From a virus: DNA of 64,000 nucleotides. The notes beneath the pieces were generated by a model. It did not search any database, was not told where the DNA came from, and saw only the letters and a program-made list of their open reading frames with translations. A program made the translations under genes and the position numbers. Location: the IMG/VR virus record IMGVR_UViG_3300010396_000007, positions 1 through 64,000 of that record. One strand, 5' to 3'. Below, piece after piece: positions 46,874-56,920 of the stretch. The number at the start of each line of letters is the position of its first letter. Within the stretch, counting starts at the first letter, position 1.

Positions 46874-48898
46874 CTATTGTACTACTTGTCCTGATAAACT
46901 AAGGACTCCAGAAAATGATGTTCCGGGTGTAACAGGCGATGTTGCCGGATAGCAGGTATTTGCATCAAAAGCGAGCACCGTTGACGATCCATTCGTCAGT
47001 CCACCCAGGACATTCAGATAGCAGTTAGCCGCAGGGTTCAGCCACGCATGGCCTGCGGTGTTCGCAATGTTGCCGCCTGTGACTTCCGGGCCGATACCGG
47101 GATAGGGAGCCCCCGAGCCCGATGGAAACACCCACCATGGCGGCGTGCCGCTTCGGTAAAGCGATGGGTAGCTTGCATACGACGTTGACGGGCTTGCGAG
47201 TCCGGGGTACGTCGAGGCGGTTGAGGCTGTTTGGCAGGCATGAATCCCCGCTGTGACCGCATCCCAGTTGCCGCAAAGCATGGAGGAATCAGACGGCCCA
47301 GCGTTCGCCACCACATCGTTAGGCACAGGGCCGGGAGGGCTGAGAGTTCCCCCGTAGCAGGTCGAAGAATACTCGCTTCCAATCTGGCCGGTATCTCCCA
47401 GAAGAAACACCATCCCATTGTTGCCGGTTCCGCAATCAGTAGTCGAAGCCATTGCATAACTGTAAGTCGAGGCATGGCCTCCGTACCCGAGAACATTCAT
47501 CACGTAATTCAGGTACCGGGCATAGCCCATCGTGTTCGTGGAAAGAAGATTCTGCGTCTTTGCGGCTGTCGAGGTCGAAGGATCGAAGCCGGAGAGAGCG
47601 TTGCGGAAGATCGTGTTTGCAAACGCTGTGCCGTGGATCGAGTCTTCCGTGTGGCACGTTCCGATGTTGCCTTCCCATAGGTTGTAGTAGTCGCCTGCAT
47701 TGTGGTGGAACTGATCGCATTGCTGCCACGCCGGGTCGCCGTTGTCGTAAAAGTTATCGACGGCATAGTGATAGCCGAAGACGTTCCCGGCGCCGCCCTC
47801 CATGATTTCGCAGGTTGCGATTTTCTGGCAGATGTTGTTCTCTGCCAGCGAATCCGAGGATTGCCAGAAGTCCACCCCGTAAGCTTCTGACGATGGACTG
47901 GACCCATACTCGTAAGAATCTCTGACCGTGATGTGCGAGGAGGCTGCAACCCATACATGCTTGTGCATGGCGGTTGAAGTCGTCGTCGCGTTGACCATCG
48001 CAACATTTTTGATCCATGAGTTTGTGGCCCAAATGTACTGAATCATCGCCGCGTCGGACGTGCTTCCGGTGATTCCCTGTGTATCTACCGTCAAGTTCTC
48101 AAGGCCGAATCCGGTCAAGGGCAGCGACGAAGAAAAGGTCGCGAGAGGGTTTTTAGAGTTCGACCAGTTCGGCGCATAGAGAGCCGGGGTAAAGGTGACG
48201 GTTGATCCCGAGATTCCCGTCACGGTCACAACCTGAATCTCCGATTGCCCCGGAAAGACGTTCCCGCCGTCACCCTGCTGCGAGTAGGTTGTGGACCCGT
48301 TGAAGAAGGCGTTCCCGGTGTCGGTTGAATCGTCAATTTGATTAAAGGAAATCAGCGAACCGACATGTAGATTCGAGATTGAGCCCGAGCACACACTTGA
48401 CCCCGAGCCGCAGATATTTGAGACAGGAGCCGAGCCTAAAACAACGGAAGTTGAGCCCTGTGCCATGCCGCTTGAAACAGTCAGCACGTTGGCTGCGTAG
48501 CCAATGGCTCCAGAGTCGCCGTTGTAGAGACACATCGCCACAGGGCCAATGCCGAGGCAGTTGGTTGAGGTTCCAGTGAAAACCAGCTTGGTTGAGTTTG
48601 GCCCCGCACCTCTGAGCGTCACGTTCGATGCTGTCGAGACGAGCGAAGATGACCAGTTGTACGTCCCTGCCGCCAGAGAGACGGTTTGCCCTGCCGTGCA
48701 ACTGGAAAGCGCCGACTGCACAGCAGCGGGTGTAGCGGTTGAAGTCAGCGATGCGCAGATCGTAGTACGCGCTGGGATGGTTCCCGCGCCTGCGTTCGAC
48801 CATCCAGCGGAGGGATAGCGATTCGTATTCAGCAGCCCAGAGGGAGACTGTGCCATCGCAGGGAGAGAGACGAGGAGCAGGATGAGAAGTTTCTTCAT
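46874..48898 (-). CDS. Exported pectin-lyase-like beta-helix protein
   Basis: Signal peptide; V.LAAGTY..NVTLRGAG; Asn ladders; GC-rich. Confidence 0.75.
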   Translation of the reverse strand: MKKLLILLLVSLPAMAQSPSGLLNTNRYPSAGWSNAGAGTIPARTTICASLTSTATPAAVQSALSSCTAGQTVSLAAGTYNWSSSLVSTASNVTLRGAGPNSTKLVFTGTSTNCLGIGPVAMCLYNGDSGAIGYAANVLTVSSGMAQGSTSVVLGSAPVSNICGSGSSVCSGSISNLHVGSLISFNQIDDSTDTGNAFFNGSTTYSQQGDGGNVFPGQSEIQVVTVTGISGSTVTFTPALYAPNWSNSKNPLATFSSSLPLTGFGLENLTVDTQGITGSTSDAAMIQYIWATNSWIKNVAMVNATTTSTAMHKHVWVAASSHITVRDSYEYGSSPSSEAYGVDFWQSSDSLAENNICQKIATCEIMEGGAGNVFGYHYAVDNFYDNGDPAWQQCDQFHHNAGDYYNLWEGNIGTCHTEDSIHGTAFANTIFRNALSGFDPSTSTAAKTQNLLSTNTMGYARYLNYVMNVLGYGGHASTYSYAMASTTDCGTGNNGMVFLLGDTGQIGSEYSSTCYGGTLSPPGPVPNDVVANAGPSDSSMLCGNWDAVTAGIHACQTASTASTYPGLASPSTSYASYPSLYRSGTPPWWVFPSGSGAPYPGIGPEVTGGNIANTAGHAWLNPAANCYLNVLGGLTNGSSTVLAFDANTCYPATSPVTPGTSFSGVLSLSGQVVQ

Positions 48899-48901
48899 AA
48901 A

Positions 48902-49204
48902 TTATTTACCAATTAAATGCCAGAGTCGTGCTCGCAGCGTTGGGATTGGAAGCGGGCGTAATGGTAGCGACCCGGCGCCCACCCAGTTCAAGCCCTTGTT
49001 GTCCACCACAGTAGAAGGCCATGTTACACTTCCTGAAGTTGAAGGAATGTGTAGCGTGTCACCGGGAGAGGCGGCAGTGATACAATCCGTTATGTCAGTT
49101 TGGGCGGCTGAGGCGGCTGTCCAATTGGGACTCGAACCTCCACATACCGCCATAGCTGATGCAGTACAGAGTAACATCAACAGAAGAAGCTGAAGAGTTT
49201 TCAT
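48902..49204 (-). pseudogene. Truncated N-terminal remnant of a second beta-helix gene
   Basis: Signal peptide plus CITAASPGDTLHIP..KGLNWVGAG, then a non-homologous tail. Confidence 0.55.
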
Positions 49205-49215
49205 GCTTGGCTCCA

Positions 49216-52200
49216 TTAGTAATTAAATGCCATAATCACGTTTTGTCCTATTCCGCCAGAGTTTGTGTAGGGCCAACTATTTCCCATTCCGCCAATAAAT
49301 GTTCCAGCGGCTGGAACAGCATAGGATTCACACGCGTTAGTTGCAATTGATGGACCCACGCCTTGATCGCTCCAATCCAGATGTGCTAAATTCCCGGCAA
49401 TCATGCCCGGAAATCTTCCCTGTTGATCCGCCCATCCGCCGCAGAACACGACGAATGTTCGCTGCGTGGTTGTAGTCGAAGCGGAAGTCATGTACGACGT
49501 TCCAGTTCCAATACCGTTAGTTGTTGGAGTTAAATTTGTAGTTGGACTGGCAAGTGAATATTCCACCACCGTCATAGACATAAACGTGTCCGCTGAGTTA
49601 GGCGTACAAGTGAAAGTAGTTGAACCTGCCGATGTAGCTGCCCATGCGGAACCAGTTGACTGCGACCCTCCTGCTATGCCGGTATTTTGATTCCAAGAAA
49701 GCGTAGGAGTGCTCGACACTGTAAATGTTCTAGTTGACCCACTACGGCAAAAGACAACAACAGTATGATTCGCTGCCAGCGTAATCGCAGGACTTGTAAT
49801 TGATGCGCTAGAAGGTGTGGTCAAGCCGACATTTGTTCCCTGCACAAAGGCAGGTACAGTACTACCTCCTCCACCAGAACCTAACACAATATGACCACTC
49901 ACATCAGTAGCCAAAGATGAAAGATTTGCGGCTACAGTGGCGCCATTAACTTCATTTGCGTTGACGATGCCTGTACCCGTAGGACCAAATGAGCCGCCAG
50001 TACCTATATTAAGAGCGTTAGTGTTAGTACCAGATGCGATAGCTGACCAAGCAGTTGAACCGCTTCCCGGACAACCTGTAGATTGAGTACAGATAAGAGA
50101 AAAAGCAGCCCCTGCATTAGACACTTCAGCATTACCCGAAGCATCAACAGCATAAACCGTTGTAGTAGCAGACCCAACTACAGGAGCAAACCCTGTAGAA
50201 TAAGTCATATTCATTTGCGTTGAACTTGTAGTGCATGTACTTACAAATGCACCAGAAGCATTTACTTCCCATCCACATCCATTAGCATCAGCTTTGAATG
50301 GTATTTCCGTAGAGCCACTGGCAGTATAGACATGGAATAATACTCCCGTTCCGGTATTAGACGTAGTATCAGTCAGGCCAAATAAGTCACTTGAACCTGT
50401 GGCTGCGTTGTATGTAAACAGACTTGTATCTGCTCCCATTGCCAATGAAAGGTTGCCAGTTGGATTTGTTAGTGCAGACCAAGCCGAGCTTCCACCAGTA
50501 TTGCAGTCTGGACCAGTGTTTGTAATATTTCCGGCAGTGTCTATGTGTAAACATGAATGACCTGAGGCGGCTGCTATTGCAGTTGCCCTGAGTCCAGCAG
50601 AAATCAAGTTGCCACTTGCATCTACATACATTGCACCTGTTACGCAAAACGGGGCGAATGAGGGGCAAATAGCATTCCCGTTAAACACGCGAAGAGTTGG
50701 TACATACATACCAACAGCGTGGATTTCGGCATTTATTGTTCCTAAATCTGGAGAACGAAAATCAAATATAGGATCACTTAAAGACCCTGCCCATGTATAA
50801 CCAGCTACACTCGATCCGGGAGGAGCAGCCCAAACCCAAGGTTGGTAATTGACAGGAGTTCCTGCGCCGTCATTTATAGCGGCTGCATTAGCATCAGCGA
50901 CCCTTCTTTGAGAACCCGTTTGTTGTGGTTGGTTGGAAGGATCAGTTCCGTCCATTGTTGGTGTGGATGTATCCACTATAATGTCCCAATATTGACCGCT
51001 GGCAGCGTTAGCTACGGTCTTGTACATACCGAATAACGCCTGTCGATTGTAGTTCCAAAGCTGCCAAGCTGTAGCACACCCTATAGTTTGGTTGAACCCT
51101 TGTTGCGACACTCCAGCGCCGACAACTACTATGTAACCATCAGCGTGAGCTTGCGCGAACAAACTTTTGTATGCCGCCTGAACTGTAGCTGTGGCAGTAC
51201 AAAGCTGGTCGTCGTTTCCGTGGTCATTAATAATCAGGTAAGCGGGACGGCCTCCATTTGCCGCAGGACTGAGCGCGTGGTAGTTCACGGTATAGTTACT
51301 GGCAGCGCCGGGTATTGTTACCGGATTTGGAATAGCTGTATACGTTCTACTTACGGCCCCAGAAGGAAATGTTGCACGGTTTGTTGTCATAAATGGTGCG
51401 TAGCCCATTGCTGACTCAGCATAACCGCAACTTGAAGAACAAGGACTTTCTGTAAGAGTTCCAATATCTATTTGAAATGTAGTACCGCTAAGACCTGTGG
51501 ATAATACCTTGAAAATGTTGTAACCAGTTCCAAAAAATACTCCGGTGGGAGCGCCAAAAGACCATCCCGTAAGGAAGCGCGTATTTATCCAGTCTCCCGC
51601 TGAGAAGTTGTTAGTTCCGCTGTTGACGAATGAAACAACAGTACCAGTTTGAGTCCAACTGTTAACTGCTACATGTGGTGCTAGCACTCCTAAATCATCA
51701 TCGTTTATTGATGTTCCAGTGAATACGAAAATAGCATTAGAAGGTATAGTACCTCCTCCTGTAGATGCAGCTTGTAAATTAATTAATCCCGGAGACGGTG
51801 TAATTATCACAGAACCATCTGTTGACTGTAAATTAATGGACCCGTTTAGGCCATTTAGAAGCGTAACGCCAGCAACGCCAGTTCCAATATCAGAAAACAT
51901 AGTTCTTACGTCTAGGATACTTGTAATATTTCCACCACTAGCTACAACTACTGCGATTGGAAATTGACCAGAAGTAAAATTAGAAGTGCTAGATGCTAAG
52001 GCACCTGTGGTAGAATTAAGGTAAACATAGTTAGTCCCATTTACCATTGTTATTGTTTGCGCACCGTCTGTTCTATAAGTGGAACCAAAGAATGACGTAC
52101 CTGCGCTCACATTCAGGGTAAGACCAGTTGATGCGGCAGTAGGCCAATAACCCGGTGCCACGCCGTTTACCAATTTTGCATTTGTGGCATAAATAGGCTG

Positions 52201-52290
52201 TGTTGGGGGTAAATCATTAGCTTGTGGTTGCTGAGAATAAACTAACGATGCCACGGCAAGCGTCAATGATGCAATGATCTTTTTAAACAT
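49216..52290 (-). CDS. Mosaic tail fibre/spike-like protein with signal peptide and SGNH-like domain
   Basis: GTSI...GND esterase-like motifs; GVTLLNGLNG linker; repeated SAWSAL/AI. Confidence 0.6.
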   Translation of the reverse strand: MFKKIIASLTLAVASLVYSQQPQANDLPPTQPIYATNAKLVNGVAPGYWPTAASTGLTLNVSAGTSFFGSTYRTDGAQTITMVNGTNYVYLNSTTGALASSTSNFTSGQFPIAVVVASGGNITSILDVRTMFSDIGTGVAGVTLLNGLNGSINLQSTDGSVIITPSPGLINLQAASTGGGTIPSNAIFVFTGTSINDDDLGVLAPHVAVNSWTQTGTVVSFVNSGTNNFSAGDWINTRFLTGWSFGAPTGVFFGTGYNIFKVLSTGLSGTTFQIDIGTLTESPCSSSCGYAESAMGYAPFMTTNRATFPSGAVSRTYTAIPNPVTIPGAASNYTVNYHALSPAANGGRPAYLIINDHGNDDQLCTATATVQAAYKSLFAQAHADGYIVVVGAGVSQQGFNQTIGCATAWQLWNYNRQALFGMYKTVANAASGQYWDIIVDTSTPTMDGTDPSNQPQQTGSQRRVADANAAAINDGAGTPVNYQPWVWAAPPGSSVAGYTWAGSLSDPIFDFRSPDLGTINAEIHAVGMYVPTLRVFNGNAICPSFAPFCVTGAMYVDASGNLISAGLRATAIAAASGHSCLHIDTAGNITNTGPDCNTGGSSAWSALTNPTGNLSLAMGADTSLFTYNAATGSSDLFGLTDTTSNTGTGVLFHVYTASGSTEIPFKADANGCGWEVNASGAFVSTCTTSSTQMNMTYSTGFAPVVGSATTTVYAVDASGNAEVSNAGAAFSLICTQSTGCPGSGSTAWSAIASGTNTNALNIGTGGSFGPTGTGIVNANEVNGATVAANLSSLATDVSGHIVLGSGGGGSTVPAFVQGTNVGLTTPSSASITSPAITLAANHTVVVFCRSGSTRTFTVSSTPTLSWNQNTGIAGGSQSTGSAWAATSAGSTTFTCTPNSADTFMSMTVVEYSLASPTTNLTPTTNGIGTGTSYMTSASTTTTQRTFVVFCGGWADQQGRFPGMIAGNLAHLDWSDQGVGPSIATNACESYAVPAAGTFIGGMGNSWPYTNSGGIGQNVIMAFNY

Positions 52291-52297
52291 GTGTCTC

Positions 52298-52579
52298 CTA
52301 AACTGTGACCTTGCTAGGTCCTGAAATTAATTGCCCATTAGCGCCATAAACTGACTGTATATAATAAGTACCCGATGGGGATATACTTGAATTGGGCCAA
52401 AATGTCGGACTACCTGTTATATTTCCACTTGCATCAAGAAGAATTTTCGTAGTCTGTGAGGATATTTGCGTATCGTTTACGGAACCATCTGTATTCAATT
52501 TAAACAGAAGGTAGCCACTGATAACAGGGCTACCATCGGGGTTCTGAAAATTCGTAACTGTTAGTGGAATTCTAGGCAT
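52298..52579 (-). CDS. Small virion protein, paralogue of 45867-46211
   Basis: Shared motifs. Confidence 0.65.
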   Translation of the reverse strand: MPRIPLTVTNFQNPDGSPVISGYLLFKLNTDGSVNDTQISSQTTKILLDASGNITGSPTFWPNSSISPSGTYYIQSVYGANGQLISGPSKVTV

Positions 52580-53502
52580 TAGAGTGCTATTCTCCCCTGT
52601 CGTCCTTGGGCAATGTTATCTGTCATAACAGTTGACGCCCCTGTAATCTGCTGCCAATTGTTGAGCATAATATTGACTTCTGTTTCCGTCAAACCTTCGC
52701 TTGTGCTCAAAAGATTAGCAATGAATTTTTGGTTTGCAAACTGAAAACGAGTATCATCTGCGAACATATACATTAAGGCTAGAAATCCCCAATTATACAA
52801 ACGAGAATATTCATCCGGTATTGGTGCCCATGTATCTTGTAAACTAGCAATGACAGGAGGCTTCTGTTGTATCGTAATGGACACTGGATACGCCTTGTCA
52901 GGGGCAGGCATCAAACGAAATGTGGTATTACCGTTGCCGTCGTCAAATTCTGCTGAAATACTGTGAGGACGTGCTTGAGCGGAATCCAAAGCTAAGTCAA
53001 TTTTAGGGCTAATTTGTACCCATGCAAAATTACATGTATTTTGGTTTACATCTCGTACAGATGCATTTTCAATCCAACCGAAGTTGTAAGTTGTATTAAA
53101 ATGAGAAACACCAATGGACCCCATATTTGTCCATACGGCTGTGCCGTCTGCTGTTGTTCCTCCTACAGTCTGGTTGAATGTGGGCAGAGAGCTACCAGTT
53201 GTACCGGCTGTAGTTACTTGTTGTGAAAAACCATTACTATCTACAAGAACATATCCTACTCTAACCGCTGTGTTAGCAGTCCAATTAAAAATTGTATAGT
53301 CTTGCACGCCTGCTTGTGTAACAAAACCAATGACGGCGCGGTTCCATCTCCATTTGAAAGGAGCGCCAAGGATGGTCTGTAAGATAATATTCGCACTGGT
53401 AATGGCAGGTTCTAAATAATTTCCGATAGCCACGGGGCGCTGAAATATAAAACGCTTAACCCACTCAGTAGACTGTAATAATGTATAGGAAGAACTCGCC
53501 AT
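52579..53502 (-). CDS. Head-tail adaptor-like protein
   Basis: WRWNR, QDY, P.PD, PIPD; paralogue of 53563-54918. Confidence 0.6.
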   Translation of the reverse strand: MASSSYTLLQSTEWVKRFIFQRPVAIGNYLEPAITSANIILQTILGAPFKWRWNRAVIGFVTQAGVQDYTIFNWTANTAVRVGYVLVDSNGFSQQVTTAGTTGSSLPTFNQTVGGTTADGTAVWTNMGSIGVSHFNTTYNFGWIENASVRDVNQNTCNFAWVQISPKIDLALDSAQARPHSISAEFDDGNGNTTFRLMPAPDKAYPVSITIQQKPPVIASLQDTWAPIPDEYSRLYNWGFLALMYMFADDTRFQFANQKFIANLLSTSEGLTETEVNIMLNNWQQITGASTVMTDNIAQGRQGRIAL

Positions 53503-53515
53503 TTGGCTCCTTAAT

Positions 53516-53555
53516 AAAAAAGACGGCAGGCGGCTAAAATGCCAAAGCCTGCCGT
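53516..53555 (-). terminator. Intrinsic terminator
   Basis: ACGGCAGGC/GCCTGCCGT stem plus U-tract. Confidence 0.7.
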
Positions 53556-53562
53556 TAGGTGT

Positions 53563-54918
53563 TTACCAACCTGTCCATGGACCCCATGGTTGTGCCGGAG
53601 TTACAGGGTTGTAACCAAACCCAGTGTCCATTACCATTCCTCCGGGACCCACGTAGAAACCAAAATCATCTGGTTCTCTATCGTATTGACGCACCGCTTT
53701 ATCGAGAGATTCCAACCACCACATTTTCTCTTGCTGATATTTCGCGCGTACTTTTGGGTCTGGATTTCGTCTGAAGCATTCTGCAAAAAAGCCCTGTTTA
53801 AAAGCCCATTCCATTGCATCAGGGATAGGGTTCAAATATTGTTGTAAATTATAAAAACGCGGTGCTACCATCTGTCCAACAGCTTGAACTGCCCATACGA
53901 CGCCGGATTGCGGCGGTACTGGGCTAAGTCTCATGCCTTGTCCTTTAGGATTAATTGCTGTCCATACACATGTTCCATCAACCACCGTAGTAGGTAGGAT
54001 ATTTGGATTACGAAGTGTAGGAAATGTTGGATTAGACGGCCACACAGGTTCGGTACTACCACAAACGCCGTATGTCGTCAAGCACCACAAGTTTCCGTAA
54101 GGGTCCGTTATCGCTGTAGTAGCGTTATACGGAGTAACCAACGTTCCCACTGGGTTCGTAAAGATTACACCCGGTCCCGGATTCTGCAATCCTGTAAGGT
54201 CCGGTCCTGCTACCGTTGTCTGCCCCGAAGGGAAGCCAGCAGTAGGGCCTAGAGGCGCTGCACCCCACGTCCCAGTCTGAAGCATACTATTTGGCAACCA
54301 TGCGATCTTAGCCATGTATGTGCCCGCCTGATACGTTAGTAAAAGGTCTTTGTCTACTTCTAGAGGGAAGTTCTGTTTAGGAACAGATGTTTGATTGATA
54401 TTTACTGCCCATGCCGATTCTAGCCAACCAAGGTTAACCAAACCGGGGATGAAATAATCTTGCTGCAAACTATTAGTGTAGAACACAGGTAGATTATAAC
54501 GATTCCATTTCCAGTTGTAGGGCTGCCCTCCGGGTCCTCCGTTAATCAATGCCTGCATTACGTCATTGGCGATTGATAAGGCGGGTGCCATAGAGAATCC
54601 GCCCGTAGCCAGCGCGGGGGCAACATCCCCTAACGTTGCCGCATCGTCTACAACTTCCTGCAAACGAATAGTTGAATTACCATACACCACACACTGAGGA
54701 GTCACACTCGCAAAGATAATTGCAAAGCCTGTTATTCCCGCGTCCGACGCTACTAAATAAAGGTTACTTGCATCATATTTAAGTGGAGTTTGGAACCAAA
54801 CGGCACCGCCTGACGTAAATTCAAAGATAACAGAACCGGGCGTAACTCCAAGATTATGTGGTAGAGTAAACGGTCCCGGTGCCGAAGTTGTGAACGCTAC
54901 TTGTGTTTGAGATGCCAT
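53563..54918 (-). CDS. Head-tail adaptor-like protein with extra N-terminal domain
   Basis: WKWNR, QDY, GWLESA, PIPD. Confidence 0.6.
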   Translation of the reverse strand: MASQTQVAFTTSAPGPFTLPHNLGVTPGSVIFEFTSGGAVWFQTPLKYDASNLYLVASDAGITGFAIIFASVTPQCVVYGNSTIRLQEVVDDAATLGDVAPALATGGFSMAPALSIANDVMQALINGGPGGQPYNWKWNRYNLPVFYTNSLQQDYFIPGLVNLGWLESAWAVNINQTSVPKQNFPLEVDKDLLLTYQAGTYMAKIAWLPNSMLQTGTWGAAPLGPTAGFPSGQTTVAGPDLTGLQNPGPGVIFTNPVGTLVTPYNATTAITDPYGNLWCLTTYGVCGSTEPVWPSNPTFPTLRNPNILPTTVVDGTCVWTAINPKGQGMRLSPVPPQSGVVWAVQAVGQMVAPRFYNLQQYLNPIPDAMEWAFKQGFFAECFRRNPDPKVRAKYQQEKMWWLESLDKAVRQYDREPDDFGFYVGPGGMVMDTGFGYNPVTPAQPWGPWTGW

Positions 54919-54929
54919 TTTTTTTCCTC

Positions 54930-55151
54930 TTAACAACCGCAGTCTGCGAATATGATAACAACCCCGGTAATACCGGCGTCTGAAGCTACTAGGTAAAGAT
55001 TTGTTGAATCATAGCGCTGTGGCTGAAACCACACTGTACCGCCATCAGTGAATTCAAAAATAACAGTAGAGGGAACTATACCTAGATTGTGAGCTAGAGT
55101 AAAGTTCCCCGGTGCTGATGTATTGAATGGGATAGTAGCGTTTGCTTGCAT
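54930..55151 (-). CDS. Small protein duplicating the N-terminal domain of 53563-54918
   Basis: TSAPG.FTL.HNLG..P..VIFEFT.GG.VWFQ..YD..NLYLVASDAGITG. Confidence 0.75.
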   Translation of the reverse strand: MQANATIPFNTSAPGNFTLAHNLGIVPSTVIFEFTDGGTVWFQPQRYDSTNLYLVASDAGITGVVIIFADCGC

Positions 55152-55159
55152 TTTTCCTC

Positions 55160-55759
55160 TTATCGAAGTGTCGTAGCTTTAGTCACTTCGCGGTAGTATT
55201 GTCCGTTGTCGGAGAAGCGGAAAGTTACAGACCCAGAGGGCACATTACGTGTCTGGAAATTAACTGCCGTCTCGTATTCTACAACTGCCTTCAGGAACAA
55301 TGCCTCACTCTCGTAATCTTCCTTAACGGGTGGTTTCCAAGTCTTACCGCAACGCAGACAACGTACCCACATATCGCCGTTAGCGAACGTGTGCTTCAAT
55401 ACAGCGTACTGAGAGTCGTCTCCCTGTCCTGCAACCACGCCTTGTGCTCCGTTTCCACCTTTACGATGATTGCAACGTTTCTGAGCAGCAGTATCATTCT
55501 GTGCAAGCTGCTTCAATGTTTGACCATTGGTAAGGCTGCGCTGTCTCTTATTCTCACGCTTTAATTCGCGCTCTGCTAGACGTTCCTCTACGTCCTGTAG
55601 GTTAGCGGTACGTTCTTTTAGCTCAAGTTGCTTTGCAGCAAGCTCTGCTTTCTTAATTTCAATATCAAGTAGCTCACCCTCTGTGAGTACTTTCTTTTTT
55701 TCGGGAGCAGGACTTCCGTTCTGCTTCGGCTCTCCTGCAATGTCATTTAAATTACTCAT
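55160..55759 (-). CDS. Hypothetical protein (coiled coil plus CNH/CxxC)
   Basis: ORF with SD. Confidence 0.65.
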   Translation of the reverse strand: MSNLNDIAGEPKQNGSPAPEKKKVLTEGELLDIEIKKAELAAKQLELKERTANLQDVEERLAERELKRENKRQRSLTNGQTLKQLAQNDTAAQKRCNHRKGGNGAQGVVAGQGDDSQYAVLKHTFANGDMWVRCLRCGKTWKPPVKEDYESEALFLKAVVEYETAVNFQTRNVPSGSVTFRFSDNGQYYREVTKATTLR

Positions 55760-55771
55760 AGTCTCCTCTAA

Positions 55772-56431
55772 CTATTCATCAAGTCTGCTACCAGCATTAC
55801 GAAATGCTTTTAGCAACGAATTGTATCTATCGAAAGCTTTATCCTGTCTAGGTCTTCCGAATACCTCAATCGCTTTTTCCTCTGTGATAATCCCTTTCAG
55901 GATAATCTGAAGCAAACAAGTTCTCCATCCTCTGCGTCTTTCAGCTAGAGGAGCACCGTATTGGTCAAAGTTCATAATGGACAATTCAGGCATTTGTCCA
56001 AACTGTGCCCAACATGCTACTTCAGGTTTCTCTAATCCACGTATTTGATATAATAGAGTAACCTTATCGGCATGTGGATGCTGCACATACCAACAATGTA
56101 CGCCAGCTTGTCTTAGCTTCGTAATGAACTCGGCATGAGACATTACTTTTCCTATTCTGGCTTCAACATCTGCGTAATCATTCGGATTCAGCCATTGGTA
56201 TTGTTTGGCTATTTCCGAGTTGATTTCTTGATTCTCAGCAATAATTTCCTGAGTTTGATTACTAGGTTTAGTATCTTGGTGACGCTTTGTAGCATACTCA
56301 GCAACTTGTGCCGCCAACTCCGGGGTCATTTTCTGCCCGGTTAGTTCTGCATCGTAAGACTCCCACGGAGCGGTTTCGCTCAAACGTGTGCCTTGCGCTT
56401 TCTGAATTTCTTGTGCGCTTGGTTGTGTCAT
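55772..56431 (-). CDS. Hypothetical protein
   Basis: GAGGAG SD. Confidence 0.65.
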   Translation of the reverse strand: MTQPSAQEIQKAQGTRLSETAPWESYDAELTGQKMTPELAAQVAEYATKRHQDTKPSNQTQEIIAENQEINSEIAKQYQWLNPNDYADVEARIGKVMSHAEFITKLRQAGVHCWYVQHPHADKVTLLYQIRGLEKPEVACWAQFGQMPELSIMNFDQYGAPLAERRRGWRTCLLQIILKGIITEEKAIEVFGRPRQDKAFDRYNSLLKAFRNAGSRLDE

Positions 56432-56600
56432 GCTCTCCTCAAAGCATTCAATAATATGTTCCCCCATCCACCTGAAGTCTATAACACTCTAACTGGTGAG
56501 GGTCTTTTCACCCGGCTGTACACACCTGACAGGAAAAGAAAAACTGTATAGTCTTTCATAATTCAGGTAATCCACCCTACTATAGTATTCCCTATACAGC

Positions 56601-56626
56601 AAAAAAGTGCGGCCCCGTAAGGCCGC
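56601..56626 (-). terminator. Intrinsic terminator
   Basis: GCGGCC/GGCCGC stem plus U6. Confidence 0.75.
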
Positions 56627-56629
56627 GAT

Positions 56630-56896
56630 TTAGCTTTGGTCTATGGGGTTAAGTGCTCTCACGCAACTCTCGACTATGAAATCATAATCCAATGGACCGC
56701 ATTCAAATCCCCCAAGCGTCCACAGTTTTTCCAAAGCAATTTCGGCGTCCGATTTTACTTCTAGTATCTGTAGAAAGTTTTCATCAGCCTGTTCTTGTAT
56801 TTTTCTATGTGTACTACGGAGAGATTTATTAACTTTCCGTAGTACACGATTGTGATGCCTGATTACCGATACTTGCTCGTCATCCATTTCTGCCAT
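56630..56896 (-). CDS. Hypothetical protein
   Basis: GGGAGG SD. Confidence 0.6.
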   Translation of the reverse strand: MAEMDDEQVSVIRHHNRVLRKVNKSLRSTHRKIQEQADENFLQILEVKSDAEIALEKLWTLGGFECGPLDYDFIVESCVRALNPIDQS

Positions 56897-56920
56897 AATA
56901 CCCTCCCGTATTAAGACTGA

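Noticed and set aside
47025-48818. Dense overlapping ORFs in several frames
   Set aside because: Expected from high GC and few stop codons in the acquired beta-helix gene
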